From Asterias rubens (Eukaryota): DNA of 64,000 nucleotides. Below, piece by piece: positions 29,010 through 40,315 of the stretch. Under the pieces are notes generated by a model. That model made no database searches, was not told the origin of the DNA, and saw only the letters and a list, made by a program, of their open reading frames with translations. The stretch lies in NCBI RefSeq assembly GCF_902459465.1, contig NC_047063.1:11346001-11410000 (forward strand), in the 5' to 3' direction. Position 1 is the stretch's first letter, and each line of letters opens with the position of its first letter. The position numbers and the translations under genes are program-made.

Positions 29010-29560
29010 AGGCACTGGACACTATTGGTAAATACTCAAAATAATTGTTAGCATAAAAACTTTACTTGGTAATGAGTAATGGAGAGCTGTTTATAGTATT
29101 TAAAGGCAGTGGACACTATTGGTAATTACTCAAAATAATTATTGGCATAAAATCTTTCTTGGTGACGAGTAATGGGGAGATGTTGATGGTATTAAACATT
29201 GTGCAAAACGGCTCCCTCTGAAGTGACGTAGTTTTCGAGAAAGAAGTAGTTTTCCACAAATTTGATTTCGGACCTCAGATTTAGAACTTGAGGTCTCGAA
29301 ATCAACCATCAAAACGCACACAACTTTATGTGACAAGGGTAGTTTTTTTCTTTCATTATTATCTTGCAACATCGGTGGCCGATTGAGCTCAAATTTTCAC
29401 AGGTTTGTTATTTTATGCATATGTTGAGATGAAGGCTACTCTTTGACAATTACCAATAGTGTTCTCTGCCTTTAACACATTGTGAGAAACGGCTCCTTCT
29501 GAAGTAACATAGCTTTTGAGAAAGAGGTAATTTCTCACTCAAATATTAAAATACTTTAGG
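29010..29560. mobile_element. Host family C-related MITE split by the 29104-29471 insertion
   Basis: Begins TTAA|AGGCACTGGACACTATTGG and resumes after the insert with cacattgtgagaaacggctcc. Confidence 0.65.
29104..29471 (-). mobile_element. Family C MITE, full length, inverted relative to the 26887 copy, nested in a related MITE
   Basis: TTAA at 29100-29103 and 29472-29475; TIRs at both ends. Confidence 0.8.
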
Positions 29561-30508
29561 CCTGGTGATGATGGGAGAAATATAGTTACTCTTGTTTCCA
29601 ATATTTACCATTTTCTTTGGAAACTATTGTTTTCTGTTAGAAGTCAACTGAAGCCAAGAGTTTAAACAAACTGACAGGGGAATCATAAAACTTAACGGCG
29701 ACTGAGATGATTTATGGAAATGTTATTCAATGTTTACAGTCTTAAAGTACCAGACATATGGTATTTAATCTAAGATACTTAAACAATTTAAGATACTTAA
29801 ATACAAAGACGGATTGAACAGCTGTGGTTTTAAGTGTCTCATAGGAATTTTTTGATCCTGTATTCTTGCAGCATTTTACATGCATGAACATAAACAGCCA
29901 CATGTACTATATATATATACTATAAATGCACAGACATGGGTTTCATTTTCGACTATACACAAATTCACTAGACATAAAAAATACAATCTTAAAGCACAAA
30001 TACTTTTGCAGGCAAAGCGAAAAAGTAACCAACTGGTTCCTATCAGAAAAATTTAACTGGCAGTTAGAAGGGAAAACGTTTATTGTTTGAAAGTCATGCC
30101 ATTGCAAAGGATTACAAAAGACATACATGAAATCGTGCAAATATTCACTTGTGTAGAAAAAGCAAGACTCCATCAGGATGGGGGCTAGAAATGTTATCTC
30201 TTCATTTTAAATAATTTGTGACACACAAATAGGCTCACACATGTTCATGTAGTATTCATGTAGAAGATTGAAAGGTTTTTATTTCTACAATTACAATGTC
30301 TCTACATACCTTCAGGTTATGCATACATGTATGTGACCAACACCTGGGCCGTGACACATACATGCACGTACATTCTCATGTAAACTTGGCTGCAAGTTTG
30401 CAAACATGAGTCTTTCAAACACAATTTGAAGAACAACATGAGGGAGAAAATGGATGAACTCATTAAACAAATGGTTGTAATTCCAACTGCGAGCGAGCGG
30501 TCGAGAGA

Positions 30509-30566
30509 CATCTTTCCCGGGTAGATTCATCTTTCCCTGGTAGATTCGTCTTTCCCTGGTAGATTC
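30509..30566. repeat. 19-bp tandem repeat x3 (catctttccctggtagatt)
   Basis: Direct reading. Confidence 0.9.
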
Positions 30567-30708
30567 TTGACTACTATTTACACTGTGTGTCATCGCTTAG
30601 GATTGATGGTATCCTGGGTGCGTGGGGTCGCTGTGTCATCATATGCTATCTTTGAGAAATAGTCCTCTGTGTTAATAAATAAGAGGGTCTACTTGGAAAC
30701 ATGGTCAG

Positions 30709-30855
30709 GGGTCGATTTCACAAAGAGTTAGGACCAGTCTTAACTTGGGACTAGTCCTAGGAGATGTACAAATTGCATGGATAGTCCTAAGTTAGGACGA
30801 GTAACTGGTCCTAACTCGAGATAAGACTAGTCCTAACTCTTTGTGAAATCCACCC
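30709..30855. mobile_element. Harbinger-like MITE (TIR GGGTCGATTTCACAAAGAGTTAGGAC)
   Basis: ~26-bp inverted termini flanked by CAG and CTG; degenerate relative at ~33380-33510. Confidence 0.7.
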
Positions 30856-31014
30856 CTGGAATATAGACGTTGTCATGAGTCAAAGGCGGTAACTGAATTG
30901 CTATTTAGGCTACAGCTGCAGTTGTTACTGAGGGTGTTGCTCAGGACATCATATACTTCAATGTATGATGAAGTAGTGATCCAGCTGTGCTCTGTACCTG
31001 TTGCTGTTACCACC

Positions 31015-31175
31015 CCTGCCTCATACTTTACGATTGCCTCCATGTCCCCTGGTCATTGCCTTGGTGCCCTTGAAATGCTCTAGTAGAAGCTTACAATTTC
31101 CTCATAGGGTGCAATTTACCAAGGAGAAAATACCTTGGTGCCCATGCCCTTTCAAAAATGAAGCATACAGGCCTG
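31015..31175 (-). mobile_element. MITE family A copy
   Basis: Ends in caggcctg; ACCACC on both sides. Confidence 0.8.
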
Positions 31176-32325
31176 ACCACCGCTCCGGACATGGTCTTAT
31201 ACCGGAATTTGCTTCGAACTGCTGTATGCATAACGTGTACAATGGACATAAACTACAAGTAAATTTACATGTACTTTACATACTGTAAATACAGATAATT
31301 GAAGACATAGTGCTACAGCGAAATCAATGATTTTTGTTCAGCTGTTTCAAACTATTTGCATCATGGTATAACCATAGAGCTACACTATAAATGATCTTTC
31401 AATTTCAAAGATCTGCTTAACATTCAAATTTGTTGATTTTTAACCATTCGCCATTCACCAGTCTTGCTATGTGTTTTTGGCATAGCATAATTTGTAAAGT
31501 ACAATTTTCTGTTTGACAACTGTCTGAAACGTGATGATGTTGTTATATGTACCTTTCCCTTTAAGCTTGGCAAACAGCTTTATTTGTCACCGAGTTCTAT
31601 AATCCACTTTACATACATGTACACTACAAGAAAAAAAAATACACCAATATCAATTTCACAATATTATCAAAAGGATAATCCCAGATTAACATTATATGGA
31701 GCGGGTTAGGCCAAGTGAGGGGTGATCAATTCATATTTATCTTTTCAGTTTGATGGTATGATTTTAGGTTTCCATTCATGGCTTTCTGTGATAAATATTA
31801 TCATTGGAATATGTTTTATTGGAAGTTTTGGGGAACGGCAAAATACCATACAGGCACAGAGCTTATTCAATGTATGATGACTGTAGTGGTGTGACGTTGG
31901 ACATCTAATATTTCAAGTATAAACAGGCGTATTCTGTTTAAATTGTAACTCTGAAAGAAAACCCAGTAAATTTCAAGTTATAAGGCAAAAGCCTTAAGTG
32001 CCCGCCCTTTCTTTTTAGAGGTTGCCTCTCCTTTTTGAGATCGGAAAAAAAGAGGAGAAAAAAAAAAGAAGAAAAAAAAAAAAGGGGGGATACATTTTAA
32101 CGATCTCAGACAACAAAATAAATTTGCCAGCCGGTTGTCTTTAAAAATGTGTCGGCAGCCATTTTGTAAAAAGAAATGGCACTCCTCGTTCCTTTTTCAA
32201 AAAGGCAGGACGCTAAACATGTTTTTTCCCCCCCTAAACCAGAAGGGAACCTTTCACCATACCTTCACACACTTCAAATTATTTTGATTGTATTTTTCAC
32301 TCCTATTTTTTTTTTTTTTCCCAAG

Positions 32326-32548
32326 GTCCGAACTGTGAATTTGACTTCAGCGAGGGACGATGCACGGACAATCTCTGTAAGAACGGAGGGTCTTGTCGTA
32401 ACTTCCTGCTGGGTGGGTTCGAATGTGTCTGTTCTGGACCAGAGTTTGACGGACAGCTTTGTGAGATTCGAACGCGGAACTTCCCCGAAAGCTCCTTCCT
32501 GATGTTCCGGTCATTAAATCGACAAATCCGGTTTCAGATGTCATTAAG
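32326..32548 (+). CDS. CELSR: CELSR exon (223 nt, phase 1-2): EGF3 and start of LamG1 (GPNCEFDFSEGRCTDNLCKNGGSC...TRNFPESSFLMFRSLNRQIRFQMSL)
   Basis: Long T tract plus ccaag|GT acceptor, donor AG|gtaaat. Six-Cys EGF spacing. Missed by the ORF track because it has no ATG. Confidence 0.95.
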
Positions 32549-32574
32549 GTAAATATAAAGAATACACCAGAGTT

Positions 32575-32800
32575 TTAGTTTGGTTTTACCCTTATGTATA
32601 CAGATGTGTGTAAGCACTGTAGGCCTACACTCAGTACTTTCCCAAGTTCTGTGAAAACAAAATCACAGGCATATTCCTTGGGTGGGATTCAAACCCACAA
32701 CCCTTGCAATTCTAGAGAAGTGTAGTCTTTCCAACTAGTCGACCGAGATTTCTCGGTAGCTAGAGGCAATCCTATGTTCTAGCAGCGGGTACCGCAACAA
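32575..32800 (-). mobile_element. tRNA-related repeat family E copy
   Basis: ctcagtactttcccaag...gggtgggattcaaacccac...ccaactag...ggtagctagaggc. Confidence 0.7.
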
Positions 32801-33046
32801 TTTCATAGATTTTTATAAGAGTGTTTATGAGAAGAGCGGAGACCACAAGCAGTGTCTTGCCACTGTCGCTTGTCTTGCAGAAACGTTTTTTAGTTGCACA
32901 CTGGAAATGTAGGAGAGCTTCGTGCCACACCCTTACGGCTAATCAAACTTAGGGATGCAAATTTCTTTAGTTCTTCTTTTCAGTAAAAAAGGTTAAGATC
33001 TTTATAACTCAAGTTATAAACTTTCTTGAATTTTTTTCTTTTTCAG

Positions 33047-33251
33047 TTTTGCCACCAAGGTGGATAACGGCCTTCTCTTCTACAACGGCCGCTACAACCA
33101 GAAGCATGATTTCATCGCTCTGGAAATAGTCAACGGGCAGGTCCGCTTCCTGTTCTCGGCCGGCGAAGTTACTAGCGTCGTGACCGCATCCATCCTTGGT
33201 GGCGTTAGCAACGGTGAATGGCATAAGGTGATGGTGGACTACCATGAGAGG
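33047..33251 (+). CDS. CELSR: CELSR exon (205 nt, phase 2-0): LamG1 (SFATKVDNGLLFYNGRYNQKHDFIALEI...VSNGEWHKVMVDYHER)
   Basis: Acceptor tttcag|T, donor AGG|gtgagt. Contains the LLFYNGRYN and DGxWH-like LamG motifs. Confidence 0.95.
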
Positions 33252-33859
33252 GTGAGTCTTTGTGGTGGTCTGTCAGTCTGTCTGTCTGTCTGTCTGTCTG
33301 TGGTACACTCTTTAGCTGTCAGCCAAATGTGCGACCTGCATGCTTCTGGATCAGCAGCCAATTTTAACGAACTGCTAGGATGAATCCTATCTGAGTTAGG
33401 ACGAGTATTTAGGATGGAGTTAATGCGTCCTAATTGCTATGGTTACGGAACTTAACTCGTCCTAAGAATAATGCTAAGTTAGGCGGAGTTATGTGAAATT
33501 CGACAGCTGGATTCTCACCGCTCTTATTAGATCAAAATGCTAAGAGTGGGTGTGCGCGGTGTGGTTTTTACTTGGTAAGGTGTGTTGGAAACGGCTCCTA
33601 TAAATATGATTCCAGTCTTTAGCTGTTTGGGGGAAGTGTGTATACTTTCCATTTCACTGATAAGGTTTCTAAACTTTTGACGGTGCCCAAATGAATGATC
33701 TTAATTTTGAAAGAATAAAAAGGCCTGGTATATTGTGCTTCTTCAAACATTTATGAAACAAAGATAATAAATGGACCAAGCAGGAAAATCCATCGCTATC
33801 CATCTAACCAAATCCTGAAACTAGTGATGAAGAAGTTTTAATACTTGAACTGATTTGTT

Positions 33860-34006
33860 CAGGTTTGGAAATAAATGGAGGCCACTGCCTCCATTGCATG
33901 GGTCTTGGCCTTGGTGCCCCTACAGAAGTTTCCCATAGCCATGGAAGTGCGAATTGCAAAACGAAAACAGCCTTGCCCTCTCAAAGATGAAAATCCAGCA
34001 GGCCTG
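33860..34006 (-). mobile_element. MITE family A variant A2 copy
   Basis: caggtttg...caggcctg termini; similar to 2753-2896. Confidence 0.65.
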
Positions 34007-35284
34007 TTTTGTCTGTTTTTGGTTCTAAAATTTACTGAGCTTGAATACATGTTGCATCATTGCTTTTTAGTACTAGTGCGTTTGTCATTAACACGAACAA
34101 CATAAAGTCGTTACATGTGCCGCACCTTCCCTTTCCATAACAATACAAAGTGATCTGTATTATGATGAGGCCACTGAGTCACATTCAAACCGGAACAAGA
34201 TCTGTAAGCCTTTACGACAAAAATGTACTCTTGATGTTTTTTTCTGATTATTTGACATGGTCTGATGGCTATGGGCCCGAAGAGCCACTGCTGTTCTGTA
34301 GTAATAATCATGTGTACCAAGTGCCCACAGCATTCCTGATTTACTGTCTGTCAGTCTGTCTGTCTGGTTTGAGAAAACAAAATGGAACAAAAATGGATTT
34401 TTGTTTCATTTGCCTGAAACAAAAGGGAACTCCATTACCCAAGAAACAAATAAAGAGGAAAACTAATGTAGAATAAGTAAACAACATATGAATAAACAAA
34501 GCCACAAAACAACAGGAAACACCAGAGTGTCAACAAAGCAAAGTTCAAGAATGACGATAAAAATAAATAAATAACAAAATACATATTGCTGGCTTTTTTG
34601 CTCAGGTTTTAAGTTATTAGTAATCTCCCCTTGTTAATTTGGATTTTCTTTTTTTCTTCTTAATGAACACAAAGAAAAAATCATTTACTAAATTGTACTT
34701 ATTTCTTTGAAGTACATGTAGACTAAAGCCTTCTATTCATACTTATGTACAATGCTAGAGCATGATGAAAAAGGGAATTTTCTTAGAATTCATAGCATAC
34801 GAAAATGTTGGAATGTGGCCCCAAGCTAGCGGTATATTTAGAGCCAAATTTACCGCATGAATGTAATTATTGCACCTGATGTGGTTTCATCCAACTTGAT
34901 AAAAGCGCAGCTGAACAAATTACCAAAGTAAACTCAGCGGAGGAAAAATTCAACATTCTCTCAGACTGGGCATCCGCCTTGGGGGCAAGACCACTATTTA
35001 TTTATTTTTTAGAAAAGGGAATTTTATTTTAGTTTGTATCGGAACATTTAATAGATGGAATTTTCTTTGGGGTTAAAGAATATAAATGTTTGGTTTGACC
35101 GTTGTGTGTTATTATCACTTTATATTCTGTGAAAAAAAATCACAGGCATATTCCTCGAGTGGGATTCGGACCCATGATCTATAGGAACATTGTTTAATAA
35201 GTTACACATTGGCTGATAAGGGCATTTTGTTCGGACCAGTCCAAACCTACAAGTCTTCGCGAGTGTCTCTTGGTCACCAACATG

Positions 35285-35451
35285 CAGGTCTGATACTCCA
35301 CGGAGGCAATGAAGGCAAATGCCTCCTGGTCATTGCCTTGGTGCCCTTTAAATGCTCCAGTAGAAATTTACAATTTCCTCATAGGTTGTCCTTTACCGAA
35401 GAGGAAATGCCTTGTTGCCCTTGCCCTTTCAAAAATGAAGCATACTGCCTG
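35285..35451 (-). mobile_element. MITE family A copy
   Basis: caggtctg start; shared core. Confidence 0.75.
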
Positions 35452-38400
35452 CATGTGCACGGTGTCATTTTGCACAATTTTATAAAAACCAACCAACATG
35501 TTTATGATAGCCCCTTTTTGAACATTAACAAGATCTTCAACTTGAGGACTGCATGTACACATGCACAGTTTATGAACATTATTTGTATGCTGGTTGTAAA
35601 GACCCCACTCTTGTGTTAATCTCCAGCGCAGTGTTATTCTTTGCATCGGGGCTGAATGTTCAATATTTGCTATGCACTCATTGTTCGCTGTTCTGAGTAT
35701 TTACCAAAGGTCAAATTTCATGCATCTACATTCCCCCCCCCCCCCTCCGCAATGCTTTTCATATTCTTTGGATTCATATAAGTGTCTGGTTTTTAAATGT
35801 AACTTGAACTGGGAGAGGAAACAAGTTGTAATTAACCAAAGCCGTCGTGCACTCCTTAAAGCTAATAATTAAAGATGAATTGAAAGAATTGTGAAGTTGT
35901 GTAACTGGAAAATAAACTTTTTTGTTACATATTTGGTTTGCGTTAACACCAAGTGCATAGGCCCTATCTACTTGCCAGGTAGAGTTTGACCTTTAGAGAA
36001 CTGTTTTGCAAAATATTCTACTACAGTGGACTAGATTTTCTGGGAGACTTCTCAATTCTGAAAAGAACTGCCCTACTTTCTGTTGTTTATCATTTGTTAG
36101 TTTGTGTTGTTTATATAGGATACTTAAACTACTATGTTGGATTTCTGGATGGTGTAGATGTTTGTAATCTGTTTGTAAACTGCTTTGTCCCAAGTTCAAA
36201 TTAAAAATTCAAAGTAGATAAGTGTCCAACTTGAACTTCAACCTCTTCAGGGACAAAGATGTCATGTACTTGACATTCTTGATCGAATCACCCTGACCAC
36301 AGTTGCCCTTTAAGTAGCATGTATTTCCAAGTACGAAATCTCAAGCACAGTTTGAATTAGAAACTCTTCCCCTTTCCTCTCCTACCAGACAAAGAGTCAA
36401 CAAACATCCCATGCACCACCAGGGGTCCTCTATTGTGTGAAATTCAAAACCACACATCAAGGGTTAACCTTCACATTTTTTATTTCAAAGAACACTGGAA
36501 TAAAAAGAGTATAAAATAAGAAAAGAACGAAAGATATCCTGCCATCTCAGTTAGTGGCCATCAATGAATTTGTGCCTTTGGCTGATTGGATATCGAGCCA
36601 TGAACGTGACTTTTTGGAAGTCCATTTTGTGCTGTGCTATGTTTCAAGCGTGGGTTTCTCCAGGCCCTTTATAGGAGTGTGTAAAACCAAACTGTTATCA
36701 TCCATGGCTACAATGGCTACTTGACGTTTTGTTGTTCATGCGTGCCCCTCCTTTCCTTAAAATTCAAACTCACATTTATTTCCATACTTCATGAAAACAG
36801 TACAAAGCCATAGCAATAGTTTTTAAAGAAGTAAACCATTAACAGGGTTGTTTTACAAGGTAGAGAAACTGTGTTTAGGCTGGTTGACCATCCAAATGAA
36901 AATTATTATCTTGTTGTTGTATTGATGGCTTCCGTTTTGCCTAGTTTTAAAAGGTTTTGCATCAAAGTGCTGCCATGAACAATATATAAATGGGAGACTT
37001 TTGAAACGCGTGATGGCAGCAGACATAACAATCCCTTTTTGCGCTTCCGAGCATGCGTGCACATATTCAGTGATGGGAGCAGAGGTCTAAGCATGCACAA
37101 TACTGGCGAGAACTTTAAATAAGGGACCGTCCCAAAGTCTTTGATTGTTGCTGTTTCACTCTTTTGAACCAGCAAGAATTTGTTTAAGTTGGATATTTTT
37201 TCACCATTTCTCAGTTTAGATACTACTGTGTAAGTGAACGTTTTAATAAAGGCTGACTGTAGCAGTATCCTTATCTTGATTTTTGTCAGGCATTTTCCCA
37301 GACACTGTACCTTGTACAGCAGCACTGGCTTTAAATTGCTGCGATGATCACTCAGGCCTGCCACATTCAGCAAATATGACAAAGATAGATTGTCTGGAGT
37401 GAAAATAAAAACCCAGCAGGACGCTGCGAACAACTCACACATATAAGCGCAGGAGACCCTTTGACTCATATTGTGTGTCTCAGGTGTTTGGACGATCACT
37501 CAAAAACCTGATAGAGTTCTTTAGTCTGGCATGATGTAGATATTGTATGTTGTAACACAGGTCTTCAATCAAATTTAGAGTTGGAGGGGGTGTGGGTTGG
37601 AGGGACCACCATAAAGGTTAAGTTCACAGGTGTGAGAGTGAAGTTGATATTTAGAGAATGAGATGTATAGAATGTCTGATGTGTAGTGAGGTTTGGAAGT
37701 ATTTGTATTGTTATGGGTTTCAAAAAGTGGTTAAACTTATTGTTAATCCTTCTTGGTACATGTAGCTCTCCAGGGAAACAGTTTTGTTTCTTACCTTTTT
37801 GGGGAAAATTCTTTTGTAAAATGCATAAATTTTATGAATGAATTCAAGACAAAGTTTGATATTGGGAGTTGTCAGGGGAACACAAATTATTGGTTTAATT
37901 CTGAAGTTATGAATAGTTCATGTCTGTACCAAAACTCAAGAACAGCATCATGTCTGAAATACTGTGAAAGTCTTATGGTTGTATAATTCATTCGTATTCA
38001 ATAAATCAACCAGTAAATTTTAATATCTCAAGATATGGGGGTAAAATTTGAGATAATATTACCTAGAGGAAGCCAACCCCTGCAATCCTACTCTTGTTTG
38101 ACATTGTGCAGTCTCCCGTGGGTTTGCCCTGATGTTTGCATGACACAGTTCCAACCCCTTGTACGGCAGTTGTTGTCATTGCGCCCCCTTTCGTTGCGCC
38201 CCTAAACAAATTAAACAGCCAATAGTGCCTGTGACCAGGCGAGGTGATTGCCCCCTTCAAGATCGGCTACTCAAATAAACCCTGGAAAAAAACGGAGAAA
38301 CGCTCTATTCAAGAAACGAACTAATTCCCAAGGAAGAAGACACAGTATATTAGTAATCTCGGGCTCCCCTATATTTTAGGTTTTATTTTTTAATGTGAGA

Positions 38401-39957
38401 AATAGTCAATTTGTACTGGGTTGGGTAAAGGGGAAAAAAAAATCCACAAAAAAAAAATCTTTGAATTGAATGCACCTGCGAGGGATTGTGTCGTTGAAAC
38501 CCTCCCTATTGAAAAGGCTACTAAGGAGGGTATCTCCCAGGAGGATAAAGGCAAATTTAGTGGTTTGGGTTTTTCAGGCAGAGTGTGGATCGGGTTACTT
38601 TAGGTTTGAAAAGGACTGAGTGAATGGTGAGCAGAGAGAGAGTGAGTGAGTGAGGACATATTATAACCACTCGCTGGAGAGTTCATCTTGTGGAAAGATG
38701 TGCTCACATTATGGTGAAGCTACCTAACCATGCTCTGTTATTACACAGGTTTAGGGTGATTAAAATGGTTACCTACTCTTTCAAAACCGGAACCTAGAAG
38801 ACAGGGTTTTTTTCCCAAGAGGCCCCAGATACTTAAACATTTATGAATATCCTGGGCATTGTAATTTTGAAGCATATGCTTACAGCTCTTTGAAAACCTT
38901 AGAGCAATGTTTTCCGGAGAGTCGCAGAAGTAGTTGTATATGCTAAAATATCTTTTGTCTCCTGACACGAAAATTATTTTCGTGACAGTTTTTCTCATTT
39001 CTCAAAAAACTACAGCACCTCAGTGAGTAAAGTTTTACGGGAGGCTTTCTACCATCATTATCTTCAAAACATGTTCATCTGTGGACATTGTGTTTTGTGT
39101 CCTTCAAAAAGTATGCAAACCCTTTAAGCACAACAAAATTATGCTGACCAAAATAAGGTTACCAGCCAAAATTCCAGACGACATCTACAATCTGTGGCTG
39201 GTATCCTGTCTGCTTATTGTTTTGCTTAGCAGAAATTTACTGAGAACATTTGTTGCTTAAGCAGCTCCATGAAAGTGGGCCCAGATAGGGACATTTGCAT
39301 GTAGACTTTATTTCTAGGAACTGTGGTGTTGTGTAACGTACTGTATCTGTACCACCCATTTGAAGGAACTAAATGCATTTGGGGAAAATATTCAAAGGGA
39401 AAGTTTACCGAGGTCACAGTACACGCTCAGCATTCCATGAAGTCTTAGGAGTGAGTCTTGTTGTATAAGTAATTAGGCAGTGATTTTATAGCTGGTGTTG
39501 TGTATTAGTTTAAGTCCTCCCAGTCATGCTCAAATTATAAAGCATGGTTTGGGCAGTTCCTCCATTTTAGTGGCGCTTATGAATACACCTCTCCCGTTGG
39601 CAATGTGTTGAAAAAATAAACAAGACCTGAAAAACTGCTGACTTAATAGTTGGTGCTTAAATACAGAGTGCTAACAGCGTGCAATATATACGATTAGCTG
39701 AAGTTCATTCTTCGTACTTTCTTTATAGTGGTTTACCAGGGAGTCTATCACATAAAATAACAAATGTCTGCATTTATAGAAGGTAACCAGCAGGTGCACA
39801 TGAAGCATGGCTCAATTTTATAAAACTGTTAAGCAGGAAATACCGATAAGGACATTTCTTTGCTAAGCCAAATAATGAGTGGGGCACAATATAAGGAACT
39901 GGCTACAGTTGTTTTATGTTATTCTACAATGTGGATCAATGTTTTTGAAAGCTTTAA

Positions 39958-40315
39958 AGGGTGTATGTACTTTTTGTAGCACAAAAAAAACACAATGTCC
40001 ACAGATTTTCACTAAACTTACACAGTTTCAAGATATAATGATAGTAGAAAGCTTCCCTGAAAATATTACGTGCTGAGTTGCTGTAGTTTTGGGGAAATGA
40101 GTAAAACAATTTCATGAAAATAATTTTGGTCTCATGAAACCAAAATTGTTTTAAGCATTTACAAACGTATTTTCATGACATTGTTTTACTCATTTCTCAA
40201 AAACTACAGTAACTCAGTAAGTAATATTTGAAGGGAAGCTTTCCACTATCATTATCTTCAAACCCTGTAAGTTTAATGTAAATCTATGGACATTTTGAAA
40301 AAGTACTCACATCCT
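39958..40315. mobile_element. TTAA-site palindromic MITE family D (Kolobok-like)
   Basis: TTAA|AGG...CCT|TTAA with extended internal inverted similarity; partial relative at ~38985-39126. Confidence 0.7.

Noticed and set aside
11227-32325. Hidden additional EGF or mutually exclusive exons in the 21-kb intron
   Set aside because: No Cys-patterned spliceable segment seen; the flanking exons already join in frame and give the expected three EGFs.
36906-37499. 197-aa minus-strand ORF
   Set aside because: It starts at a non-ATG codon, has no homology I recognise and overlaps repeat-like sequence.
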